A stretch of 63,872 nucleotides of DNA, filler included, from Blastocystis sp. subtype 4 (taxonomy: Eukaryota), in NCBI RefSeq assembly GCF_000743755.1. It is 4 parts of 4 records of this genome, joined end to end, with 100 filler letters (N's around TTAATTAATTAA, not from the genome) between each part and the next. Parts side by side here need not be neighbours in the genome. Positions count along the whole stretch, not along the records: positions 27,557 to 54,095 come from NW_014569261.1; positions 54,196 to 63,872 come from NW_014569199.1; 2 more parts are not named here. One strand, written 5' to 3'. Below, piece after piece: positions 50,120 to 62,175 of the stretch. The notes beneath the pieces were generated by a model. The model was not told the DNA's origin, did no database searches, and saw only the letters and a program-made list of their open reading frames with translations. Each line of letters opens with the position of its first letter. Position 1 is the stretch's first letter. The translations under genes and the position numbers were made by a program.

Positions 50120-53100
50120 TCAGTTCTGATTAAATACCTTTGCTGCATCCACAAGAAGACGACATAGTACAGCCGAAGGCGCCTTGAAGAAGATAGTACA
50201 ACCAGTACCTGTCATATTCACTTCCATTAAACAACATGAAGTAGTTCCTGCAACTTTGCCAGCAAACAAGGAGGTACGAGCTACATGTCATTTCCTTTCA
50301 TTCGCATACATGACTCATTTATATCAATTGTTGCTACATGGAATGTCTTATTCACCTTGTCAGCAAAAAGATTTGTGTTACGAAGAGTTGACTTAATCTC
50401 CGTCTTCTGTTCCGCTTTTGTCTTATTCCACAACGCAAAGTATTCAGATGTTGTCATCGGTGTTTCACGGATCATTTCCACAAAATTGAAGGGAATCACA
50501 AAATCGAGTGAATTTGTGGCATTACCATCCACCAATTGATAGCTTACTGTTCCCTTTACAGACAGATCCGAACTTGGAGTTGGCTTCTGGAAATTAATGC
50601 TTCCCAACACAGTCATCTGTTCTCTTTTTGCAATCGAATCCCAATGCAACTCCTTTGCTTCAATCTTCGCCTTGGGTTCTGCCACATACTTCACAGTCAA
50701 GCCTTCTGTGAGAGTAGTTTGAACAGTCACATTGTGGAGGTCTGCATCACTCTTCAGGAATATACAGATAACGAGAGATCCATCCTACAGATAAGAGAAA
50801 TAACTAAGAAGGACTCGATAGATTGGATACCAGGCGACGTGGAGATAAGCATCCTGTGTGAGGAGACTGAGTGGACCTGAAGGATCCTTCTGGAAGATCT
50901 TGTAAGTAGAACTTAAGGTACATTGAAGCATATCAATTGGCTGTTCGACAGGTACAGGTGAAGCTAGATTCACCAATTCAAACATATCACCTCCTGTGCT
51001 CGAATTCATACCACTGAACAGATCTACCTCAGGAGTAGTAGAAGCGGGAGTAGCTACTGGAGCAGAAACAGGATTAGCTACTGGAGCAGGAGCCGAAGCA
51101 GGAACAGAATTAGCTACTGGAGCAGGAGCCGAAAACAATGCATTGGCAGGAGCAACAGGAGAAAAGGCAGGTTTCTTCGTTTTCTTGGGCATAGAAGGAG
51201 CAATTCCACCAAAGAGTGCAGCAGCCTCCTTCACTCTCGCCTTGTCCTCACTACTCTGTTCCACCTTGGATGGCTCCTCCACACTCTTCTCATTGACTTC
51301 CATTCCTCCAAACAAATCAGATCCCGTCGATTCCATACCACTGAAGAGGTCAGTAGCAGGAGAAGATGTCGTTTCACCAAACAGGGCAGCGGCGGCTGGA
51401 TTGGGTTCGGTGATAGGAGCCGCAGGCTGCAGTCCAAAAGAACCACTGATATTGGAGAAATCCAAGAACCCATCCTCCTTCAATTCGGCCTTACGTTCCG
51501 CAGCAGGAACATGAACAGGAACAGGCTCAGGAGGAGCTTCATATGCATCCGTCTTCAAACCAGTATCTTCCTCATCACTCAGATCGTGTTCCTCATAGTC
51601 CTTCATACCACTCAATCGACCTTGCATCACATAACTATCAAGGAAATGTAACTCCGAGTCAATGAAAAGAGATGGTTCTGCCTTGGTTGGAATTGCCGCC
51701 AAAAACACATCCGCTCCCGACTTGCACATCTCTCGGAACTCCATAGCTTGCTGTACCAGTTCCGTATCGTGACTCCGCACACATTCTCGTACCATCACTG
51801 AGGCAATAGTTGGAATGGTCTGGGTTTGAGCTGATATCTTCATGAAGGCTGACAACAAATATGACTTCGTCTCAATACTTAAGGCAGGACGATGCCAGAT
51901 AGCTGCTAATGCATCCACAATCTCTGCTAATGAAGGGTCTTTAGATAGATGGCCATACTCACCAAAGATCCAAGTGGCTACTCGTACTAAATTCTCAGGA
52001 GCCAGCATATCACGAATTAACGGATAGAGTTGAGAGATTGCTAAACATCGGAGTTCTCGATCCACTGCAGGATCACCCTGACTCTCTGAAAGCATTTTAA
52101 TTAGATTGTTTTCAACCTCTGGCTTCACTTGTTTGCCTCCAAATGCAAAAACTTCAGTCATTGTATTGATGTACCAAGCAGGATCAGGAGCAAATCTAAT
52201 TCTCATTCTTAACTTTCAATTTACCTCTCAGCGACTTCACAGATATAGTCAACCAAAGCCTGACGTTGGAACTGATCATATGTTGAACTCAATGCAGCCA
52301 AGAATCGTTTCACAATAATATCAACGTTCTGGCTGTTACACATACGATGCAAGATTCGAAGTGTCTATCAATCATAAAGGTCTTTTTTCATTACTGAAGT
52401 ACGAATCGTTATATCCTCACTCTCAAGACTATTCAATACAACCATCTGAAGTCGGACAACATACTGAGGATAGTCCTATCATTCATATCACTCCATATTA
52501 CATACTTGGATCATCTCAGCCATACACATCAAACCCAAGTACTTCAAATTACTATCACGACTATTCACCATTCGATCAATGATACAAGCAGCTTCTTCTA
52601 ACAAGTCCTCATTAGGATAAATATGAATGATCGCCTTAACACAGTCTGCAGAGATTGCACATGCCAGATGATGTGGAAATACACGATCAGCACGACGCAT
52701 AGCACTCAAGATGGACACATACATCGCTTCCGAAGAAGCTTGATCATTCTGACCTAAGGCAGCAAGAATCTAAACTCAATGCATCGACTATCAAATACTC
52801 GAATAATCTTCATTTGCATCCAAGGAGCAGGAAGAGTATCAAAGTCATAATTAGTATCAAACTGATTATTTACTATCCGAAGCAACATATCAGAGAAGAA
52901 TGGAACAAGGTCTTTGTATTCATTTGGATCAGCCTATAATGAATCCTTTACAATAATCCAACAATCACAAAATCATGCAATACTGAGATACATGAAAACA
53001 CTACAGTGACGTTGTATGATTCAAGAAGTCGACGGAGTTCACTACTCATCTCTCCAACACTATCAGGATCCAGTTGATGGAATCGCTGTAACACCATGAT

Positions 53101-53922
53101 CGCTTTACATAGTACAGTAGCTCTATAATCAATAGATCCATTGACTCCTACTCTTTGTGCTGAAGGGCCTGATATACAAGATGAACTAACGCAGGAATCA
53201 TATCTTTTGTCAATAGTTGACTGGTTGCAATCAGAGCTGTTGACACTTCCAAATAGTTTTTGCTCTGAAGATCCATTTGAAGACGATTTACGATCATAAA
53301 ACGGAATTCATGTTCAGGAGGAATACAGAGGGCTGCAGTAATATATCCAGCTTTCTTGTTAATGATGTTCGGGTCTGAACAAAGCTATTCTGACAACCTC
53401 AGAATACTCCTTACCTCAATTGCTTTCAGGTAGCCAAAAGGAGCTTCATATCCGAGCATCTCGCAATAAACCATACGAACAAGGGCTTCACGAAGGTCAT
53501 TCTATGCTCGCATACGCAGATTCCTACTTACACCTTTCAAATCCTTCTCCTTAAATCGTTTCTTGAGATGTGATAGTTCAGCTTGAATCACAATATCTTC
53601 TTCCTAAACTTATAAATGATCCTCGAAGACTTCTTACTTCATGTGTTTCACAAGCAGCAACAAGTCTAACAAAGTCATTAAATGCTTTTGCCAAAATAGA
53701 TGACACGCTATGACCCACTTTTCCTGCGAAATTACCAACTGAGCTCCCAAGGTCTCCTGCAACAAGCGAAAGTTCATGTCCGACATTACTACCGATAATA
53801 TGCATCTGATCTCCAAGTTCCTCAGTATAGGACGACAATTTCACTCCAACTTCTTTTGCTGCAAATCCAATGGCACTCGCAGCATCTAGTGTAGCATCAC
53901 GTAAATCACTCACAAAGTCCAT
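50120..53922 (-). CDS. AP4E1: AP-4 complex epsilon subunit, spliced
   Basis: EEEDIVI, LVRMVYCEMLGYEAPFGY, NLKYLGL, RFAPDPAWYINTM, WIFGEYG, linker and appendage. Confidence 0.8.
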
Positions 53923-54039
53923 GATTTCACTCCTTGTTTTTGTGTCTCCTTCGAGAATAGTGTTCCTTATCCAAACGAGGGATGGTTTGATTATCCATAA
54001 CAAACACTTCACAAAAGCTTCAATGCAATAACAAAGGAA

Positions 54040-54095
54040 CTAATAGCCATATCCTCCGAATCCCTGCTGTCCATATCCATAGCCTCCATAGCCAT
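54040..54095 (-). CDS. Gly/Tyr-rich C-terminal fragment of an unidentified gene truncated by gap
   Basis: GYGGYGYGQQGFGGYGY*. Confidence 0.4.
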
Positions 54096-54195
54096 NNNNN
54101 NNNNNNNNNNNNNNNNNNNNNNNNNNNNNNNNNNNNNNNTTAATTAATTAANNNNNNNNNNNNNNNNNNNNNNNNNNNNNNNNNNNNNNNNNNNN
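54096..54195. other. assembly gap with TTAATTAATTAA linker
   Basis: N-run, linker, N-run. Confidence 0.95.
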
Positions 54196-54263
54196 TGATC
54201 GCTCAGGCTATCAAGGACATTCACTATGTGGATAAGCAGCGATTTGTGTTTAAGGAAGAATGA
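54196..54263 (+). CDS. C-terminal fragment of an unidentified gene
   Basis: IAQAIKDIHYVDKQRFVFKEE* followed by a TATTTGTT motif variant. Confidence 0.35.
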
Positions 54264-54415
54264 GTTGATTTATGATTATTTAAGGTATTTGTTGGTACAG
54301 CAACACTCTAGATAGGTTAATAGAGCAGTATTTGATAGTATACAACCTGTCTTAATTTGCATATGCGATTTTGGTTATCATTTTCGAATCACATAAACAA
54401 CTACATTTCACAATA

Positions 54416-57031
54416 ATGGCATCAACGATACCAGAAGATGTCCTTCGTCGTGAAATGGAAAGCAAAATGACAGAAGAAGAGAGGATTGTGAGTTTTGGAT
54501 CGGATACTAACTCTAAGCTTGCAGCAAGAATGGCAAAGATTGCTGAAATGGCTGAGAAGAAGAATACGACAGAGAAACCAAATTCGGTTCTTAAAGAACT
54601 CATCTCTTCCAAGATTCCTAAGCAGAATACGTCAAATACTCCGATTTTAACACAAGTTGGTTGCTAGATAACCGAGTCTTAACACTAGAATAATGCTCCT
54701 AAGAAAATCGTATATCTGTCACGCGCAGAACGGGAAAAGTTAAAACAAGAACAAGAGGAAAAGAAGAAGCAAGAGAAGGAAGTGATTCTAACAAAGAAGA
54801 ATGATTTCTAGGAAAAGAGACGCAAAATGCTTCGTCGTGGTCGTGAGTTTAGTCGAGAGGACGAACTAGAGATTGAGCGGAAACGTCAACAGGAACGAGA
54901 AGAAGCAGAACGAAAACGTCAAGAAGACAAACAACAGACGAAAGAGTATCGATTGTTCGTTTTCAGTGAGTTCTAGAGATGAAGACTACAAGCGTGCCTT
55001 AGAAGAAGGAATTCGTCGTCAGTTCCAAGGAAAGACAGATACAGAAGTGAAACCAAAACGTCGTCGAGAACAATTCATGATGCAATGGCATGATGAAGAT
55101 GATACAAGTGATAAACTGGATCCACTGTACCGAAATGTCGGTAAAGTGCATCTTGGCTTCGGTAAAGGATACATTGCAGGAGTAGATATGCGTAAGCAAC
55201 GGAAGGAGAGTCAGTATATGGAGAACCTTTTAAAGTTGCGCGAACAAGCTGTAGGAAATGAAGTAGAGGATAATCCCTAGGCAGAAGAATCGTCAGGCAT
55301 GGTCCTGAATACTAGTATGGATGCTTTAAACAAGGAATTGATGAAGAGTATTCGTCAGAAGGAAAAGGAGAAAGAAGTTGTAAGTGTGGGTGATAGTCTT
55401 TCATATAGATTTCATCTGCTTCAGGTACTCAAGGCCGAGGTACCCATTGGAGCGAGAAGGCTCTTGGAGATATGACAGCACGAGACTGGCGAATTATGCG
55501 AGAAGATTTCGAGATTCGTGTCCAAGGTGCTCGTACTGTGAATCCTCTTCGATTCTGGTCAGAAGCATCTGTTCATCCATCGATTTTAGAAGCAATCCAA
55601 GCATTGGGATATTCAACACCATCTCCAATTCAGCGTCAGGCTATTCCCCTTGAACTAAAAGGATATGATGTGATTGGTATTGCTAAGACTGGCAGTGGAA
55701 AAACTTGTGCATTTGTGGTCCCAATGTTGGAGTAGGATTGATGAGTTGATGTCAATTAGATTCATTCTGAATTCTCCTATTGATAAACGAATTGACACTC
55801 GAGAGCAGGGCCCTCTGGCATTAGTTCTGGCTCCTACACGTGAACTTGCCAAACAGATCTACGATGAAACTGTCAAATTGTCTCAGTTTTGTCGAGATTC
55901 TCGACTTCAAACGGAGCGTGACGATCGTGTGAAAGTTGTTTGTATGGTAGGAGGTGAATCAATTGTGGAGCAATCATCACTTGCAAGTAATGGATGTGAT
56001 ATTCTAATTGGTACTCCAGGTCGTATTTTGGATTGCCTAGAACGTCATTTCTTAGTTCTCAATCAAGCCAACTATGTAATGATGAATGAATGAAATAAGA
56101 TTTAAGGTGGTATTGGATGAAGCTGATCGAATGATTGACGAAGGATTTGAAGAACCTGTGAATTCAATTCTTAATGCAATGGGAAGTGAATTGAAAGCAG
56201 AAGATGAGGAAGAATTAGAGAAACAAGCAGATGAGACGCCATCCTTGACAAATATGTATCGCACTACGATCATGTGAACAGTTCAGTGATTCTATTCATT
56301 TGTAGGTTCTCAGCTACGATGGCTCCGAAGGTTGAACAATTGGCTCGCAAATATATGCGCAGTCCTGTTCAGGTTACGATTGGATCTTCTTCATCTACAA
56401 CTACTAATGTGGATATCACTCAAATCATCAATATGATTAAGGAATCTCAGAAGCCAGCTATGCTTGCTAAGGTAGGAATGATATCAGAGGATAAGTAACA
56501 GATCATCCGAAATAATGAAACTCCTGCTATTGTGTTCTGTAATCGTAAGGAGACTGTTGATCGGGTGACAAGAGAATTACGGGATTCTCGTCATCGTTGT
56601 GTTGCCCTGCGTTCGGGTATTTCCCAGGAACAGCGAGGTCAGGCTTTGGAGGACTTCCGTAATGGAATCTATGATATTCTAGTAGCTACGAATGTAGCTG
56701 CTCGTGGTCTGGATATTAAGGGCGTAAAGAGTGTTTCGGTTAGATCATTGCTAGGTAAAGTTGGTGGTGAATTATGATATGCCGGATTCATTGGAATATT
56801 ATATTCATCGTATTGGTCGTACTGGACGTGCGGGAGCCACTGGACTTGCGATTTCACTCGTGACAGAAGCAGATCAAGCTCTATTCCCTGAATTAGTAGA
56901 ATACTTGAAGCAAAAGAAGCAGAAGATTCCATACGAGTTGGAGCGACACAAGGCTGTTCGAGAAGCAAATGAAGTGTCGAAGTTCAAAGGAGAAGAAGAG
57001 CCAGGTGATCCAACAGAATTCAAAATGATTT
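54416..57031 (+). CDS. DDX23: DEAD-box helicase DDX23/Prp28, spliced; stop probably made by polyadenylation at T57031
   Basis: [71 protein letters not shown]. Confidence 0.92.
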
Positions 57032-57180
57032 TGATTGTTTGTTACGACTTGCTGTCTGATCTAATTGCCTCCTAACGAATTCCATTCTAGAAGTCCCTAT
57101 TCAAGCAATTAACTGTGATCAGTTAACTTTCAGAAAGAGATACGTTATAACTGAGCAACCCTTACTGTAACAAACACCCA

Positions 57181-57652
57181 AACTTCGATAGAACTTCTGA
57201 ACTTCGTTCTTAAAGGCTATCTTATTGTTCCACAGAGAAGCAGCATCACCATTAGCCGGACTCAAACAATTAGCATCTTGCAAAAGGATAACCAAGTTAT
57301 CGACCCTAGCTTCCATATCAAGAGCAGGCGAGTACTTCTCCTTTTTGTTCACATCAAGACATATTTCTCCATTTTTCCATACGTTGGGGTGGAAAACTTT
57401 ACTTATAAAATGGAAGTGTGGTGGTTCAATCGGCCATCCATCCTATACATCAACATTACCAAACAACAATACGGGAATTGCAATACTTAATTTCAGATTG
57501 AGTCCTTCATATGCTGTATCAGCAGGTCCAGGAATCGTCACGATCCAATCCCGCAAATTACCATCCTTTAATTCGACAGTATATGGGCATTTTTCATTAT
57601 CAACCATACGCTTATATTCAGCTGTCAATCTTCTAACAAACCGAGGTTCCAT
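57181..57652 (-). CDS. ubiquitin-conjugating enzyme E2 (UBE2C-like), spliced; stop probably made by polyadenylation at 57181
   Basis: GPADTAYEG, FHPNVWKNGEICLD, SPANGDAASLW. Confidence 0.85.
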
Positions 57653-57680
57653 TATAACAATAACTGATTAACAAACACTC

Positions 57681-59273
57681 TCAGACGAATGGATCTTTCC
57701 ACATTACTATCATATCATCTACAAGCACACGATTTGTTTCTACTTCCCTTTCCGTCACATGAACTAGACCTGAAGCATCCAAAAAATATCTTGTTGCAAT
57801 ATGAATTGTTCCCTTGGGGCCCGGCGTGATATCGGTAATATTATAGGGTTCCAATGAGATGCATTTGTCAGCATCTTCAAGTTCGTTCCGAACACTGCTA
57901 TTTCCCTGACACACAGCACACTGAATACGAGTACAATAATCTTCAGAAGTTGCAGACATAAGTTGTTGTTCAACAGGAATAACCGACTTCTTGGGAATAA
58001 CACACTCCACTTTTAATCCATTATAGTATACTAACTGACCGAGACTATATGTAATACGTTCGGACGCTTTGAACTCATTTGCCAATGCCAGACAAGCTCC
58101 TTTGGCTACAGCCTCGTCAGGATTCACCTTGGAAGAAATAATATCCCTCTTAAAGAATTCAATGAGTTTCTTACGGACAAGCTTTAAGCGACTTGATCCT
58201 CCCACTAACACAATTTGAGAGATATCCTGACGTTGAAGTCCAGCAATATTGAGAGCATCGATAACAGTTGTTATTGTTTGATTGATGAAAGGCTCCAGAA
58301 CAGAATTCATTCTCTCAACAGTGTATTCGATGTCGTTATCATCGTCGTCATCATCTTCATCATGAACACGCTCGAACGAGATATTTGTACCAACCGAATC
58401 GGAGGTCCTCAACGAAATCTTCACATTCTCAGCTTCTTGGATGATACGACGTCGAAGACGCTCCCTCGTTTTGTCTGAGATGTCTTCATCAAAGCAGGAC
58501 TCATTATAGGTTTCTTTGTACAGTTCTTCAAAATCAGCGGCGATAGCTTGATCAAAGTCAGATCCTCCCAGTGCGTTATTTCCAGAATAAGCTAAAACAG
58601 AGTAGATTCCGTAGTTCATCTGAAGAATAGACACATCAAATGTACCACCTCCCAAATCGTACACAAGAATGTTTTGCTTGACATTGCTCCTATCAAAACC
58701 GTAGCAATAAGCAGCTGCAGTTGGTTCATTCATCATATGAATATTCCTGCGATCAAAGCCCGCCTTCATTGCGGCTAACAAAGTGGCCGTTCGCTGATTG
58801 TTATCGAAATGAGCAGGAAACGTAATCATAATCTCCCTAATGCGCTTTTCCGTAATCACTTCGGCTCGCTCCTTGATCTTCTTAAGAATCTCCGAACCCA
58901 CATCGCAAGGTGTTTTCATCTTTCCTTCGTTACTCACTACAAACACAGGTTTCTCTTCAACCTCAGCAAGTTCACAGCCACAATTGTTCTTGAAAGTACT
59001 AACAGTTGTGTTGTCCATTTTTATTCCCATCATTCGCTTTGAATTCTTTACAACAAATTTATTGTCTCTCCCAATAAGCCTCTTTGCCTGATTGCCCACA
59101 ACAACTGTATCACCTGTGTATTGAACGCACGAAGGAAGGATCTGTTGTGGACCATTGTCATATGTCACTGGGAGGGGTTCTGAATGACTGGAATCCAAAT
59201 AAAAGGCACATGAATTCGTCGTTCCCAGATCAATACCAAGAATAATTTCATCAGGGTTCAATAGAATTGGCAT
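57681..59273 (-). CDS. divergent Hsp70-family protein, intronless, with shortened substrate-binding region
   Basis: GIDLGTTNSC, ITFPAHF, NEPTAAA, VYDLGGGTFDVS, LGGSDFD, LVGGSSR, NPDEAVAKGA. Confidence 0.9.
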   Translation of the reverse strand: MPILLNPDEIILGIDLGTTNSCAFYLDSSHSEPLPVTYDNGPQQILPSCVQYTGDTVVVGNQAKRLIGRDNKFVVKNSKRMMGIKMDNTTVSTFKNNCGCELAEVEEKPVFVVSNEGKMKTPCDVGSEILKKIKERAEVITEKRIREIMITFPAHFDNNQRTATLLAAMKAGFDRRNIHMMNEPTAAAYCYGFDRSNVKQNILVYDLGGGTFDVSILQMNYGIYSVLAYSGNNALGGSDFDQAIAADFEELYKETYNESCFDEDISDKTRERLRRRIIQEAENVKISLRTSDSVGTNISFERVHDEDDDDDDNDIEYTVERMNSVLEPFINQTITTVIDALNIAGLQRQDISQIVLVGGSSRLKLVRKKLIEFFKRDIISSKVNPDEAVAKGACLALANEFKASERITYSLGQLVYYNGLKVECVIPKKSVIPVEQQLMSATSEDYCTRIQCAVCQGNSSVRNELEDADKCISLEPYNITDITPGPKGTIHIATRYFLDASGLVHVTEREVETNRVLVDDMIVMWKDPFV

Positions 59274-59391
59274 TCTCAGAAATAACTGACATTTGTATAG
59301 TTATGTGAAAAACCGCGGGAGCAATTCTCAGTTATCGAATACACCAAAGACATTTGCAAAGTGTAATAGTGAACTGAAAAAAAGATTAGCG

Positions 59392-59782
59392 ATGGATGGA
59401 ACCATCGTTCTCGTAAGGAAAGAAATGGAGAAGGATGCGTTATTTGTAGTAAGGATCACAAAAGAATCCCTGTTGCAAGGGTCTTGCTAATGGAAATGTC
59501 AAAATTGATGTACTCTCTTCTCTCCTGTACATTTGATTGTATGGCATGATGAAAAGATGATACCAGTATTACCAACAAACAAAGGGAACAAGAATTGGAG
59601 ATCCATGAATTCAAGGGTGATGTGTTACAAATTGTAGTAGATTATATGCAGCTAAAGAAGAAGTAGGTACAAAGACAGGTTTGGACAATTATAGGAACGG
59701 AACTCTGTCCCTTAACGATTTGTCGATTGATGAGTCATTGATGTTTGATGTAATTGCTGCAGCTGCATATTTTCAGTGTTAG
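59392..59782 (+). CDS. Elongin C / Skp1-like small protein, spliced
   Basis: EFKGDVLQIVVDYM..K and IDESLMFDVIAAAAYFQC* resemble Elongin C. Confidence 0.65.
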
Positions 59783-59847
59783 GTTTCCTTTGTTCTTGTT
59801 ACTATACCCACTTATTGAAACAATGTATCCAATTCAACAAACACAGT

Positions 59848-60834
59848 AAAAAGAAACTCAAGGGCAAAAACCAGGAAAATGCAAATCACGGAAATAGATC
59901 GGTCATACTACCTTTAAAACTCAAATCAACCGAGGTTTGCTCCATAGACGACTTCTTGATAAGATGCTTTGTCTCATCCAAGGAAGCTAGTTCTCATTCT
60001 CCACTTACATACTTACAATCACCAAACGGTCGTTCATGGCTAGTTTGATAGGTTGTAACAGATGTGTTTTGTCGTTTGAGTAGCATAGCATTTATCTCTC
60101 CGGATTGCGTGGAGATTTCAACATAAAAGGATCTAAATCTCAAGACATCGTTGAATACTCACTCTGTATTCGACTTACTACTAATAATAGCGTCTATAAA
60201 TTATAAAACACAAAGACAAGTACCGGTGGGTGCATTTACAGCAATAACCACTTGATGATGGAAAAGCGACGTAGAATAGATTCGGCCAATATCAACACAC
60301 AACTCCTATAAATTATACAGGTTAAGTAGAAGTACTCCCTTATGATCAACAATAAATTGACTGTTCCGTCTCTTATATTGTTCCAGTGCACATTGTAATC
60401 GCAAAGACTGGTCCTATATACTCAATTCCATCCGTACATTCCTTACATACTTGTCTTTTAAAGCATCTAGGAAGAGTTCCTTATTGAAATACCTCCCCTT
60501 GAGTGATGACATCATCTGGACATTTCTAATAATGAATCAAAGATACATCCACAACTCAGATGGAACACAATAAGAATCTGGACTAACTTGGTACACAAGA
60601 CCAATAGATTCAAGTACATCAAGTACCTCTTTCACATGGGATGATGTCTCCTTGGACTTTAGTACAAGTTCCTCTAGAGTCACACAGGAAGACATATGGA
60701 CCTAGAATTAACCTGCGAATCGTTATAAGTACTAGAATATAATCAAGGATGTAATTCTGAAGACTTTCACGACGCAAACGAGGAGAGGTTGGAACAGAGG
60801 AATCCCCAGAAAGGCCATCGTTCCCTTCCTTCAT
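59848..60834 (-). CDS. hypothetical protein, multiply spliced; 3' end approximate
   Basis: ATG 60834, series of short GT-AG introns, TGTTTGTT on minus strand at 59836-59843. Confidence 0.45.
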
Positions 60835-61196
60835 TCTAATTGAACAAACTCAGTATTATGACAGAGCGCTGAAGAATTGGCTTAATTATTTCAAATGTCT
60901 GCAATGATAGCGGGGATTCTCTTAAGACTATTTTTGCAATCATTTTGTGATCCCCGTGAAAAATACATCATTAACTATTCTTCGCAAATAGAAACAGTAC
61001 TGTATTGACCTACACTTGTCCACCATTCTGGCACTGACTGTATCTCTCACAAAGTCCATGTCAATTCTCGATTCATTCCAAACCCCTTGACTACTCCAAA
61101 ACAATGTATCATCTCCTGGATTGTTCTGAATTCTTGAATCGAAGAGAACAAAAAAGAATCAATTCCTCAAATATTCAATAATAAGTAATAAAACAG

Positions 61197-61269
61197 GCCA
61201 AGATAGCTCAGTTGGGAGAGCGTATGACTGAAGATCATAAGGTCAGGTGTTCGATCCACCTTCTCGGCG
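61197..61269 (+). tRNA. tRNA-Phe(GAA)
   Basis: Cloverleaf GCCAAGA-TAGCTCAGTTGGGAGAGC-G-TATGA-CTGAAGA-TCATA-AGGTC-AGGTG-TTCGATC-CACCT-TCTCGGC; T-run terminator. Confidence 0.95.
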
Positions 61270-61484
61270 TTCTTTTTCTTTATCTCTCTATTAGGATTTG
61301 ATCAATTTAAATTGTTTTAGGTGAATCTAATTTCGGAGACTATTCTAGTGAATCGAAGTTTGCGTTTTAGATTACTTACGTATAGTAGTTCTTGATTATC
61401 ATACTGGCGGTCTGTGTTCGACGGTGAAGGATCCTCATATCTTTTTTCGCAGAACTAAGAACTAAATCGATTATTAGCTTATTG

Positions 61485-62141
61485 ATGAATGTTATTGCCG
61501 TCCGCACACCCTCTCTTCTCATGAGAGTGGGATTACCTATGTTGTCTTCGTCTTGCGTATTTGGCTGTACACTATTTGTTGGTGACCTTCTTGGTCAGTA
61601 TTTTGTCTCACCGAATGTTTCATTGTATTTCTGGATCTTTTTCCTCATGGATAGAGATTGGAAGCGATCCCTTTGTATGGGTGTCTCAGGCTTCTTTGTG
61701 TCGGGTCCTTTAAACTTTACTGTGAATAGAATTGTTCATAAGTTATATCCGGGGAGAGGGCGTCTCACAGGTGAGGATTGAGTTATGGTTTTACTTCTAG
61801 TGCTGAAACGAATTGCTATGACTACTACCATCTCCCCACTTACCATTGCTTGTGGTATTATTCCGTCCACATTTCTTTATTCGCGTGATATGGATGTTGT
61901 TCATGTAGTCATTGAATCTTATGCTGACTAGTAGAAGAAGGTTGTGAATCGCGTTCCTTTAAACTGGATGATGTCGATGCTCCTTCTTTCTCCATTCTCG
62001 TATATCCATGCACGTTTCGTTGTTCGCCGTTTCCAGAAGGTGACTCGTAATTCATACAATGTCATTTACAACTCTGTCCTGTCTGGAAAGAACAACCGTT
62101 CTAAGTTAGATGATGAGTTTATTTTTGATTTCCTGCTGTAA
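61485..62141 (+). CDS. Mpv17/PMP22 family membrane protein, spliced
   Basis: FVGDLLGQ..|RDWKRSLCM...GFFVSGP. Confidence 0.75.
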
Positions 62142-62175
62142 GATGCTTCAAACTGCTATAAACGAAATTATTAAT

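Noticed and set aside
13706..54195. Palindromic TTAATTAATTAA inside three N-runs
   Set aside because: Artificial six-frame-stop contig linker. It is not biological, and gene adjacency across these joins (e.g. AP2M1/RPS8) cannot be trusted.
60904..60960. CGGGGAT...ATCCCCG hairpin with C/D-like boxes
   Set aside because: Boxes are degenerate and rRNA complementarity is too short to support an ncRNA call.
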